A stretch of DNA of 64,000 nt from Eledone cirrhosa. Taxonomy: Eukaryota. The translations under genes and the position numbers were made by a program. How positions within the stretch are numbered: position 1 is the stretch's first letter; each line of letters starts with the position of its first letter. Shown here one piece after another: positions 53,782-64,000 of this stretch. The notes under the pieces were generated by a model. It did not search any database. It was not told where the DNA came from and saw only the letters and a program-made list of their open reading frames with translations. The stretch covers positions 18,662,001 through 18,726,000 of the forward strand of contig OZ024742.1 of assembly GCA_964016885.1 (NCBI GenBank). Reading direction: 5' to 3'.

Positions 53782-54346
53782 GATGTGTATGTGGTGTGTT
53801 GTTCTATATATAGGGAATTAACATGTCTGTGGTGTGGTGGGGGTTTCTTTTCTCCCCCTTTAATAAGTGCATGGGTGTAGGTGTGTTGAAAAAGTGTTCA
53901 TAGCAGTAATGAGTTGAGACGGTGAGTAGGGTTGGGTGGGGAGAAATGTAGCAAGTGCGGCCTGCTCCGGTCATTCTCGAAAAATTCCTTTATTCAGGGG
54001 AAAAAGCTTTTAGTATTGCTTTTGTGTTGAGAATGGTCACAGGCAAATCGCACCTGTCAAGTTTGTGAATAATTATTTTTTTCTTTTTTTCCTGAAGAAT
54101 TTTTCTACGTCGATCCCAAAGTTAGTCCTTTGTTCAACATACACATATGTGCGCATATACGTACATACACACACGGGCATATGTAGGAATATATAGGCAC
54201 ACACCATCAATCACACACCCATGTACAAATACATCCACATACATACACAAAAACATATAGAGACACATATAAAAACACACATACACATACGTACACACAC
54301 GAATATGTACTCATACCTCCACATGGGTATATATATATATACACAT

Positions 54347-54391
<45 letters not shown>

Positions 54392-54440
54392 CATACATAT
54401 ACACATACACACACATACACACACACACATATATATATAT

Positions 54441-54485
<45 letters not shown>

Positions 54486-54508
54486 TACATACATATACAT
54501 ACATACAT

Positions 54509-54551
<43 letters not shown>

Positions 54552-54607
54552 TATGTCCGTATATATACCCCTCCGTTCACACATACATGCATACACACAC
54601 ACATACA

Positions 54608-54650
<43 letters not shown>

Positions 54651-54782
54651 ATATATATATATATATATATACATACATATACATATACATATATGTACAC
54701 ATAAACACATACAGACACATACACACATATACACATACACATACATATATATTCATATACATATATATATACACATACATAT

Positions 54783-54865
<83 letters not shown>

Positions 54866-54948
54866 CATACACATACACATACAAGTACATACACACACAC
54901 ACACATAAACATACATATCTATCCATATATATATATATATATACATAT

Positions 54949-54989
<41 letters not shown>

Positions 54990-55038
54990 TACAAACATAC
55001 ACACACATACACGCACATATACACATATATACACACAT

Positions 55039-55105
<67 letters not shown>

Positions 55106-55272
55106 TACACACATACACACACCCACATACATATATACCCACACGTACATACATCCATACATCCCTACACACATATATGTGTGTGTCTTACCGTTCACTC
55201 AGATATTCATGTGTACACATAAGAAGAGGGGGGGGGGGGTAGTGAAATGGAATTTTACCTCCGAGTGTTAAT

Positions 55273-57666
55273 TCATTTTTTCGTGTTCAGCAGTGATTTA
55301 AATTTTTCAATGAAGAATTCTTCTTTATATCTGCGGAAATGTTCGTTATCCGACCATATCTTGAAGAAAGGGAAGATTGTGAATTTTCCCTTCCCGCATG
55401 ATGAAAAGTGTGCGCTACATGTGGTATTTCTGACTGTGGGGTCTTTAATTTGTTGTTTATGTACCCGGACTCTATCATGTAATCCCGTTCCGGTTTCCCC
55501 AATGTAATACTCTTTACACTGTGGACATGTTGCGCAATATATTAGGTTTTTCGTTTTGCAGTTCATGTTAGCATTGACCTTGAAATTATCTTGGTTTTTG
55601 AAGGACAACTGTTTGCCCTCTTCGATGAGTTCACAGGTTCCACATCTAGGGTCCCCGCATTTCGTCACTTGCATTGATTCCATGTTGGTCGTAAATTTTG
55701 CCTTGGTAATTAGTTTTTTAAGGTTGGGTGCTTGGCGTCTGCTATAAATTATCTGTGTGTTTTTTAAGAGTGCATTCATTTTGGTAGATTGCTGTAGTAT
55801 CGGGAGATACTGCTTAGCAGTTTTCACAATGTTGATGTTCCCTGGGTTGTGAGTGATGACAAAAGAGATAGCAGGGTTTTCTTTTTTATGTTGTGGGTTT
55901 GGTTTTCTCAGTGTTGTTATTGGGATGTTCTTAGCCTTGGAGATGGGTGCGTTGATGAGTTTCATCGGGTATTCTTGTTTTTTAAGGAATTTTTTCAGGT
56001 CACATAATCTTTTTTCTTGTAGTACGGGGTGTGTTGCTATAGTGCAGATGCGCCTTGCCATGTTGAAGGGAATGTTCCTTTTCGTATGTGAGGGGTGTGC
56101 TGACCGGAAATTTAAGTATTGGTGTATGTCAGTGGGTTTGCAAAATAGGTCCGTTATGATATTTTCCCCTTCTTTAATGATGAGGATATCTAGAAAGGGC
56201 AGTTCCTTTTCGTTACATTCCATAGTGAATTGTATAGCTTCATTAAGCCTGTTTAGGATCGAATAACATTTTTGTAGGTCTGTTTGGCTTCTGTTCCAGA
56301 AGATGAAGCAGTCATCTAGGTAACGTTTCCAGTTTTTATTAATGTAGAAGGCGAAGTCGTGACTGAATGTTATCTGTAGTTGGGAATATAATTTTGCCTC
56401 TAAGTGACCCATAACGAGCGTTGCATATGTAGGGGCCACTTTGGTACCCATGGCTGTTCCTTTTATTTGTAGATAAAGTTCGTTGTCAAAGAGGAAGTGG
56501 TTGTTTTCCAATACTAATTTAAGTCCTTCCAAGATGAATTCTTTGGGGAATCTTTCTGAAATGTGACTTGAGTGTTTTGTAATCCAGAAGTCCACAGCTT
56601 CAATCCCTAGGTCGTGTGGGATGTTAGTGTACAGGCTTATTACATCAAAACTGACTAGGATTGTATCCTGGTGTACTTTTTGGGGGATATAGTTAAGGAA
56701 TTCCATATCATCTCTGATGTAGCTTGGAACTTTTTTACATAGGGGTTTGAGTATGATGTCTAATAGGTTGCTTAGACGTTGTGTGCTTGAGGCTGGGCCA
56801 GCAATAATGAGGCGTAATTTTAAGTCTGTCGGTTTTGATGCTTCGATGTATGATGTATTTTTCCCTTTCATGTTGTTTTGGATTTCTATGGATTTGTGAA
56901 TTTTTGGTAATCCATAGAAATTGCTGGTTTTCATTTCGAAGTTGGTTAGGTAATCTACTTCTTTTGGTGTTAGGTTGTTTTGGTACTTTGTTGTTAGTTT
57001 GCCTATTTGGTTCCTCGATTTCCTTTCTTCGTTTTTAGTGATTTTCCTGTAGAAGTTTTCGTCATTCAAGTGTGCTAGGACCATATTTTTGTAGTGGTTT
57101 GTGTCCATGATGACGATTGCTCCACCTTTGTCCGCTTCTTTTATTATTATTGAGGAATCTCTTTGTAGCTTGTTCAATGCTAGTAGTTGGTCTGTAGGGA
57201 TGTTGCATTTGTGTTTCGTCTCGGCCGTATTTGTACGTGCTGATCGGCGAAGGCAGGTTATGTATTCCTCCAGGTATTTATCTCTATTTAGCGGGGGTGT
57301 GAAGTTCTTTTTGTTTTTCACCAGTGATTCTTCCTCGTATTGTACACCCTGGAAGAATTCTCCTAAGCGTAATTTTCGACAGTATTCTTCTGTGTCTTTT
57401 ATAACATCGGCTGTATCTGCTTTCGGAGTGGGAGTGAACTTCAGTCCATTTTCTAACAGTTGTATTTCTGGTTGTGTTAATTTCTTGGCTGATATATTGA
57501 TTATTTTTGGTTCGATTGGTTCTTTCTCGTAAGGTGCCACTTGAAAGGTGGTGCTTTTTTTTTTTTCTTTCATTTGGTGCGAGGCCCCTAGTCCTAAAAA
57601 AATGGGTGCCATTTGGGATAGGGGTGTTTCTGTTGTGGTGAAACCTTTGGCCCACCGGAACTTCAT
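55273..57666 (-). CDS. PLE reverse transcriptase + GIY-YIG endonuclease (Neptune-type), 797 aa open
   Basis: IINIS..L..GLKFTP, ADKG, FYGLPKIHK, FDV.SLYTNI, GTAMG, RYLDD, FLD, KPTD, CxxxxCxxC linker, NLIY..CxxC..YIGET; true start uncertain. Confidence 0.92.
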   Translation of the reverse strand: MKFRWAKGFTTTETPLSQMAPIFLGLGASHQMKEKKKSTTFQVAPYEKEPIEPKIINISAKKLTQPEIQLLENGLKFTPTPKADTADVIKDTEEYCRKLRLGEFFQGVQYEEESLVKNKKNFTPPLNRDKYLEEYITCLRRSARTNTAETKHKCNIPTDQLLALNKLQRDSSIIIKEADKGGAIVIMDTNHYKNMVLAHLNDENFYRKITKNEERKSRNQIGKLTTKYQNNLTPKEVDYLTNFEMKTSNFYGLPKIHKSIEIQNNMKGKNTSYIEASKPTDLKLRLIIAGPASSTQRLSNLLDIILKPLCKKVPSYIRDDMEFLNYIPQKVHQDTILVSFDVISLYTNIPHDLGIEAVDFWITKHSSHISERFPKEFILEGLKLVLENNHFLFDNELYLQIKGTAMGTKVAPTYATLVMGHLEAKLYSQLQITFSHDFAFYINKNWKRYLDDCFIFWNRSQTDLQKCYSILNRLNEAIQFTMECNEKELPFLDILIIKEGENIITDLFCKPTDIHQYLNFRSAHPSHTKRNIPFNMARRICTIATHPVLQEKRLCDLKKFLKKQEYPMKLINAPISKAKNIPITTLRKPNPQHKKENPAISFVITHNPGNINIVKTAKQYLPILQQSTKMNALLKNTQIIYSRRQAPNLKKLITKAKFTTNMESMQVTKCGDPRCGTCELIEEGKQLSFKNQDNFKVNANMNCKTKNLIYCATCPQCKEYYIGETGTGLHDRVRVHKQQIKDPTVRNTTCSAHFSSCGKGKFTIFPFFKIWSDNEHFRRYKEEFFIEKFKSLLNTKK

Positions 57667-57855
57667 GTCGGTAACTGGTTGGGCGATAGACTCTTGCGTG
57701 GCCGTTGCTGTATGGGGGTCTGGTTCTTCTGTTGATTCGCTCAGTATTCATGTGTCTTTGATTTTGTGTCCGGTGATTGTTCTTGGTGTTATGGCAGTGG
57801 TTGTATCTGGTTCTGGTGTTGAGTATTGGGTCTGTATGTAGTTGTGTGTTTGGGG

Positions 57856-58716
57856 TTACCCAATATCTGGTTGTTGTTGGTTTATTGTGTGTGTGGGTGC
57901 TTCATTTCTTGTGTTGTTGTATTTTCCTGAGTTCTGGGGTTTCCTATGGGTTTGTTTTCTGGGTTTTATTTGGTCTTTCCCATAGTTATCTTCATATTCT
58001 TGAAGCCATTGAGTTCTTGACTCCAATATTTTCTTTGATTTTAACTCTTCTCTAGTTGTATCTGTCTGCCATAGCTTAAGGAGTTTTTCACGTACATTGC
58101 CGCTGCTTCTTTTGTTTATTTCCTCTTGGATGGTGGTGTCGCATTTTTCAAATTTCTCTTTGAATTTTGGCACTCTTAGGCGGAGTAGGGTGATTTCGGT
58201 CTCAAGTGTTTGGAGTGCTAGATTTAGTCTTGTTGTAGTTTCTTCCTTTGATTCCGATGGTATTTCTTTAATTCGGAATTTTCTCGGGAGGATAACTGGT
58301 TCCTTGCTACGCCATATTTCGTATGTGTCTGCTAGGTTTTCACTCCTCAAGGTTTTCCAGTATGCCTGTTTCCTTTGATTTAATAATGGGTTCCAAATGT
58401 TTTTCATTTGGTTTCTTTTTCTGTAGGCTTCTTTTTCTAGGTTCAGTTCATTCCATTCTTTGAATGCATTATTGGTGATGGAGTTCTGTTCATGTGTAGC
58501 TATTTCAGGAGAAAAGGTTTGTTCTTGTTTTTGCCGGTCTGTAATTAGTGAATCAAGTTTTTCCCTATAGCTGCGTGTTTGTTGTTCCATTTCTTGTACG
58601 GCATTCTTAAGGGAATCATATTTATCTATTATTATGGTGAGTTTTTCTGATATTTCCTGTAGTAGTGTATCCGATTTGAGGGTTTCAGTAGAGGATTTTG
58701 AACGTGTGTTAGCCAT
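57856..58716 (-). CDS. PLE upstream ORF / N-terminal coiled-coil region (MANTRSKSS...)
   Basis: Long charged helical ORF directly after the pLTR; same frame as RT but separated by stops/frameshifts. Confidence 0.6.
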   Translation of the reverse strand: MANTRSKSSTETLKSDTLLQEISEKLTIIIDKYDSLKNAVQEMEQQTRSYREKLDSLITDRQKQEQTFSPEIATHEQNSITNNAFKEWNELNLEKEAYRKRNQMKNIWNPLLNQRKQAYWKTLRSENLADTYEIWRSKEPVILPRKFRIKEIPSESKEETTTRLNLALQTLETEITLLRLRVPKFKEKFEKCDTTIQEEINKRSSGNVREKLLKLWQTDTTREELKSKKILESRTQWLQEYEDNYGKDQIKPRKQTHRKPQNSGKYNNTRNEAPTHTINQQQPDIG

Positions 58717-59380
58717 TCTGTCTTGTACAAGGGGATAGAATATTGGAAAATGTGTGTAATCCTTGGTACAGTTAGGTATATTAAGACAGGGGGGAAGAAA
58801 AAATGGCTTCATTTGTGCTTTCAACAAATTTATTTTCTTCACAAAATCCAAAAAGAATTTTTCTTAAAAAAATTATTTTATAAATTAATTTATAAAATAA
58901 TTTTTATAATTTCAAGGTCAATGTTAACATGAACTGCAAAACGAAAAACCTAATATATTGCGCAACATGTCCACAGTGTAAAGAGTATTACATTGGGGAA
59001 ACCGGAACGGGATTACATGATAGAGTCCGGGTACATAAACAACAAATTAAAGACCCCACAGTCAGAAATACCACATGTAGCGCACACTTTGCATCATGCG
59101 GGAAGGGAAAATTCACAATCTTCCCTTTCTTCAAGACATGGTCGGATAACGAACATTTCCGCAGATATAAAGAAGAATTCTTCATTGAAAAATTTAAACC
59201 ACTACTGAACACAAAAAAAGCAATTAACACTCGGAGGTAAAATTCCATTTCACTACCCTCCCCCCCTCTTCTTATGTGTACACATGAATATCTGAGTGAA
59301 CGGTGAGACACACACATATATGTGTGTAGGGATGTATGAATGTATGTACGTGTGGGTATATATGTATGTGGGTGTGTGTA

Positions 59381-59448
<68 letters not shown>

Positions 59449-59468
59449 TGGATGTGTATATGTTTGTA

Positions 59469-59526
<58 letters not shown>

Positions 59527-60256
59527 TAATATATAAGATCAAAAGATGGTTAAAGGAGTTCCATGTATTTTATTATGCGCATTTCAAAAACAAACATCAT
59601 CATGCAATAATATTTGTGTTTTCATCAGATAAAACACGAGAACATGATATGAAGGCTAAAAAACACTTGTGGATAGTGCAGTTTTAAATCAACATATGAA
59701 AAGTAGTTTTAGATTGATGTGTGATATTGGGAAAAATATTTTATTTAGAGAGGGGGGTGGGGGGTGGAAAGGATGAAAAAAGGGGAGGAGATGAGAGTGA
59801 AGGTGGAGAGGGAGAGATGGGTGATAGAGAGAAAGAGATAGTTTTTATAACTGAGAGAAGATATATTGTTTTACATAGAGAGGTTGAAAACCGTTGGAAG
59901 ATAATGTATAAATTAAAAGAATTTGAAAATTATCGAAGGGAAAAATATGTACGAGGAAAAAATATTTTATTTAGAGAGGGGGGGGGGGGGGGTTGGAAAG
60001 GATGAAAAAAGGGGAGGAGATGAGAGTGAAGGTGGAGAGGGAGAGATGGGTGATAGAGAGAAATATCTGATGAAAACACAAATATTATTGCATGATGATG
60101 TTTGTTTTTGAAATGCGCATAATAAAATACATGGAACTCCTTTAACCATCTTTTGATCTTATATATTATGTATACTCCAGTCCTACAAACTGTAGAGTGC
60201 TTCTTATCCGATATCTGCATTGCTTTATTGTACTACAATAAAACTCACCTCCTACA
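59527..60256. mobile_element. Nested family D hammerhead element inserted in the (TA)n of the Neptune 3' UTR
   Basis: Inverted arms 59527-59631 and 60064-60168; internal ~100-bp direct repeat 59731-59832 / 59955-60062; homologue at 43139-43285. Confidence 0.85.
59565..59637 (-). ncRNA. Type I hammerhead ribozyme, family D; plus-strand copy at 60064-60124
   Basis: GTGTTTTAT-CTGATGA-AAAC ACAAATATTATT GCAT GATGATGTTTGT TTTT-GAAA-TGCGCA-TA-ATAAAATAC. Confidence 0.85.
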
Positions 60257-60336
60257 TATATATATATATATATATGTATGTGTGTATGTGTGTATATATG
60301 TGTATATGTGCGTGTATGTGTGTGTATGTTTGTATA

Positions 60337-60391
<55 letters not shown>

Positions 60392-60688
60392 GGATAGATA
60401 TGTATGTTTATGTGTGTGTGTATGTATGTGTATGTACCTATATATATATGTGTGTGTGTGTGTATGTATGTGCATATATGTATATATGTGTGTACATATG
60501 TGTATGTTTCTGTTTGTGTATATGTATGTATGTATGTAGATGTATGTGTATATATATGTATATATATGTATATATATGTGTATGTGTATATGTGTCTTTA
60601 TGTGCTCGTGTGTACGCACATATATATATATGTATATATGTATGTGTGTATGTATGTGTGTATGTGTATATATATGTATATATATATG

Positions 60689-60736
<48 letters not shown>

Positions 60737-60928
60737 CATGTATGTGTATGTATGTATGTGTGTATGTATGTACTTGTATGTGTATGTGTACGTATGTGTA
60801 TATGTGTATATGTATGTGTATATATATGTATATGGATATATATATATGTGTATGTGTATGTGTATATGTGTGTATGTGTGTGTGTGTATGCATGTATGTG
60901 TGAACGGAGGGGTATATATACGGACATA

Positions 60929-60966
<38 letters not shown>

Positions 60967-61997
60967 CACGTGCGTGTGTGTGTGTGTGTGTTTGTATGTG
61001 TGCGTGCGTGTATGTGTATATATGTATATTTAGTTATGTATCTTTATGTGTGTATATGTATGTATGTATATGTATGTATATATGTATATATATATATATG
61101 TGTGTGTGTATATATATATATGTGTGTGTGTATGTGTGTGTATGTGTATATGTATGTATATGTATATATATATATATATGTATGTATGTATATGTGTTTA
61201 TATATATATACCCATGTGGAGGTATGAGTACATATTCGTGTGTGTACGTATGTGTATGTGTGTTTTTATATGTGTCTCTATATGTTTTTGTGTATGTATG
61301 TGGATGTATTTGTACATGGGTGTGTGATTGATGGTGTGTGCCTATATATTCCTACATATGCCCGTGTGTGTATGTACGTATATGCGCACATATGTGTATG
61401 TTGAACAAAGGACTAACTTTGGGATGGACGTAGAAAAATTCTTCAGGAAAAAAGAAAAAAATAATTATTCACAAACTTGACAGGTGCGATTTGCCTGTGA
61501 CCATTCTCAACACAAAAGCAATACTAAAAGCTTTTTCCCCTGAATAAAGGAATTTTTCGAGAATGACCGGAGCAGGCCGCACTTGCTACATTTCTCCCCA
61601 CCCAACCCTACTCACCGTCTCAACTCATTACTGCTATGAACACTTTTTCAACACACCTACACCCATGCACTTATTAAAGGGGGAGAAAAGAAACCCCCAC
61701 CACACCACAGACATGTTAAATCCCTATATATAGAACAACACACCACATACACATCAGTTTGACAAGCGTACCTCAGCGTGAAAGGTCTTTCTAAAAACGA
61801 AACAATACCTCCTATGTTAAACAAGAACTCCTAAGACCTAACCAACAACCAACAACTTAATTTATAAAATAATTTTTTTAAGAAAAATTCTTTTTGGATT
61901 TTGTGAAGAAAATAAATTTGTTGAAAGCACAAGTGAAGCCATTTTTTCTTCCCCCCTGTCTTAATATACCTAACTGTACCAAGGATTACACACATTT

Positions 61998-62179
<182 letters not shown>

Positions 62180-62212
62180 TTATGTTAGGTAATAAGCAAC
62201 ATAAGATAATTA

Positions 62213-62272
62213 TTTCATTTACCAGTGGTTTCTTAAAAGCAAACAAGTCTGCTTTCAGTCACCAGAATGAAA
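62213..62272 (-). ncRNA. Degenerate hammerhead, family E (core CTGGTGA)
   Basis: Stems retained with a changed loop; A6G in the core. Confidence 0.55.
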
Positions 62273-62326
62273 AAATCCTGGTGTTTTTATTGAATGTGGA
62301 TTTTGAAAACAAAAATATAAGGATAT

Positions 62327-62413
<87 letters not shown>

Positions 62414-62471
62414 GCATATATATATGTATGTATGTATGTATATATGTATAAATATATATATGTATATATAA

Positions 62472-63092
62472 ATATATTACACAGAGAGAAGTGTGTTACA
62501 CAGTGAGATGTGTGTAAAGAATTATTACATGTGGGTTTAACCGTTACTGTATGAAAAACAACACCTACAGGTTAGCAATTAAATAGAAAGAACCCTAAGT
62601 CAAAATCAAATCTCCGAAGTAGAGTTTTAAATTACCAACCTTATAACTATAAGCTTGCTGATACGAATCTATTTCGTTTCGCCACTGAAATGTGTAGCGT
62701 ACAAGACCACAGGTTCCTCAGTCAGCAAGTATGGAATTGCCCGCCACACATCTAGCCTAATGGAAAGAGAGAACGCAAATATACACGCTGCCCAGAGCAG
62801 GGCGAAAACACGTGTTATTTGCATCAAATAACGGCTCTCATGAATTGGGGAAAATGCTAGAGAGTGCAGCCCAACCATTCAAACCTAACCTTTCTATTTA
62901 ATTGCTAACCTGTAGGTGTTGTTTTCCATACAGTAACGGTTAAACCCACATGTAATAATTCTTTACACACATCTCACTGTGTAACACACTTCTCTCTGTA
63001 TAATATAGTTGAGCTCAGTTGAAAATTCTCTGTTCTTCTTTGAGCTAATATTATTATTACTGTGAACTGCGGAATACTCTAATTCCGATTCT
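62472..63092. mobile_element. Head-to-head pLTR-like element (arms 62472-62590 and 62890-63006) with hammerhead-like motif
   Basis: Reverse-complement arms plus a unique tail; microsatellite flanks. Confidence 0.8.
62654..62729 (-). ncRNA. Hammerhead-like motif with 16-nt insertion between core and stem II
   Basis: CTTGCTGA-CTGAGGA-[ACCTGTGGTCTTGTAC]-GCTAC ACATTTCA GTGGC-GAAA-CGAA ATAGA TTCG-TA-TCAGCAAG. Confidence 0.7.
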
Positions 63093-63110
63093 TGTATATG
63101 TATACACACA

Positions 63111-63184
<74 letters not shown>

Positions 63185-63215
63185 CATATATATATACACA
63201 TATATATATTTATAC

Positions 63216-63380
<165 letters not shown>

Positions 63381-63744
63381 GGCGCATCTATCTAGCTATT
63401 ATTAGAAGTGCCACTGATATAGCGTGGTTCAACATAAGCGTGTATATAAAAGCATATACGACATATCTATATATAATAAACATGCAAAGGTCTCACTATG
63501 AATCTTCTAAGAGCCGTGAGCATGTCACAGATATCTCAGTAGAGGTGAGAATGCCAGATAGATTTTTATACTTCAAGATCGTAATAAAGTATTTTAAAAT
63601 AAAGAAGCCTTATAAGCCTCTAAACCCAGGGACAAACATTTTGTCAAGTGACCCAAATCTAGAGGGTTTAACAAGTTATTTCCGGCATACATGGGGTCCT
63701 ACAACTGGTAGATATATCTTATCTCTCTTACTATGGAACAGAAA

Positions 63745-63844
63745 TCCTCTCTGATGATTAAACAGGTTCTGGCAGAAATAACTATCTTAATTGATTGAGA
63801 GGGCAAATTCTGTTACTTCAGTTTGTGAAACTGCGGTAAGGGGA
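63745..63844 (+). ncRNA. Type I hammerhead with ~69-nt stem II
   Basis: TCCTCT-CTGATGA-T TAAAC..GGCAGAA..TTCTGTT..GTTTG T-GAAA-CTGCGG-TA-AGGGGA. Confidence 0.75.
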
Positions 63845-64000
63845 ACAATTTTTTAAGCCCTGTAGATTTAGGCTGCTTGATAAGGATTAACCCCAGAGGT
63901 CAGACGTTTATAAAGTTTCTTTATTTTAAAGTACTTTACTGTTATCTTCTCTTTGGTCAATTCTGAGCCTTATTTGAGTTATATATATATATATATATAT

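Larger units (their letters stand above)
53572..58888 (-). mobile_element. Near full-length Neptune-type PLE with direct pLTR portions (53572-53681 and 58779-58888)
   Basis: Upstream coiled-coil-like ORF, RT-EN ORF, ~1.5-kb microsatellite-rich 3' UTR, pLTR. Confidence 0.93.

Overview
AT-rich animal genomic DNA with no intact host gene recognisable. The tRNA-SINE families and very dense (TA)n/(CA)n/(TTC)n tracts resemble a cephalopod (Octopus-like) genome; this is inference. Most ORF-track entries ([12 protein letters not shown]) are microsatellite artefacts. Transposon content: (1) Penelope-like retroelements (PLEs, RT + GIY-YIG) of at least three lineages: a Naiad-type copy at 6.5-9.7 kb, a Neptune-type head-to-head composite at 53.6-62.0 kb, and remnants at 26.6, 30.2, 34.4 and 49.2 kb; (2) a full-length Ty3/Gypsy LTR element (12479-17391, CAACT target-site duplication); (3) a deleted Helitron (22349-23806); (4) RTE-clade LINE pieces, SINEs and a TIR element. 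The main hidden signal, read by hand on both strands, is roughly 30 type I hammerhead-ribozyme motifs from about 15 distinct sequence families, plus several half-motifs. They sit in PLE pseudo-LTRs and in short non-coding elements lodged in (TA)n tracts, usually arranged as head-to-head inverted repeats. Several show compensatory covariation between copies. Several have non-canonical features: a fixed U4A core (CAGAAGA), a U3-A8 core, a recurrent U.U pair closing stem II, 55-100 nt stem II domains, and an insertion after A9. All structures were paired by eye; no cleavage activity has been shown.
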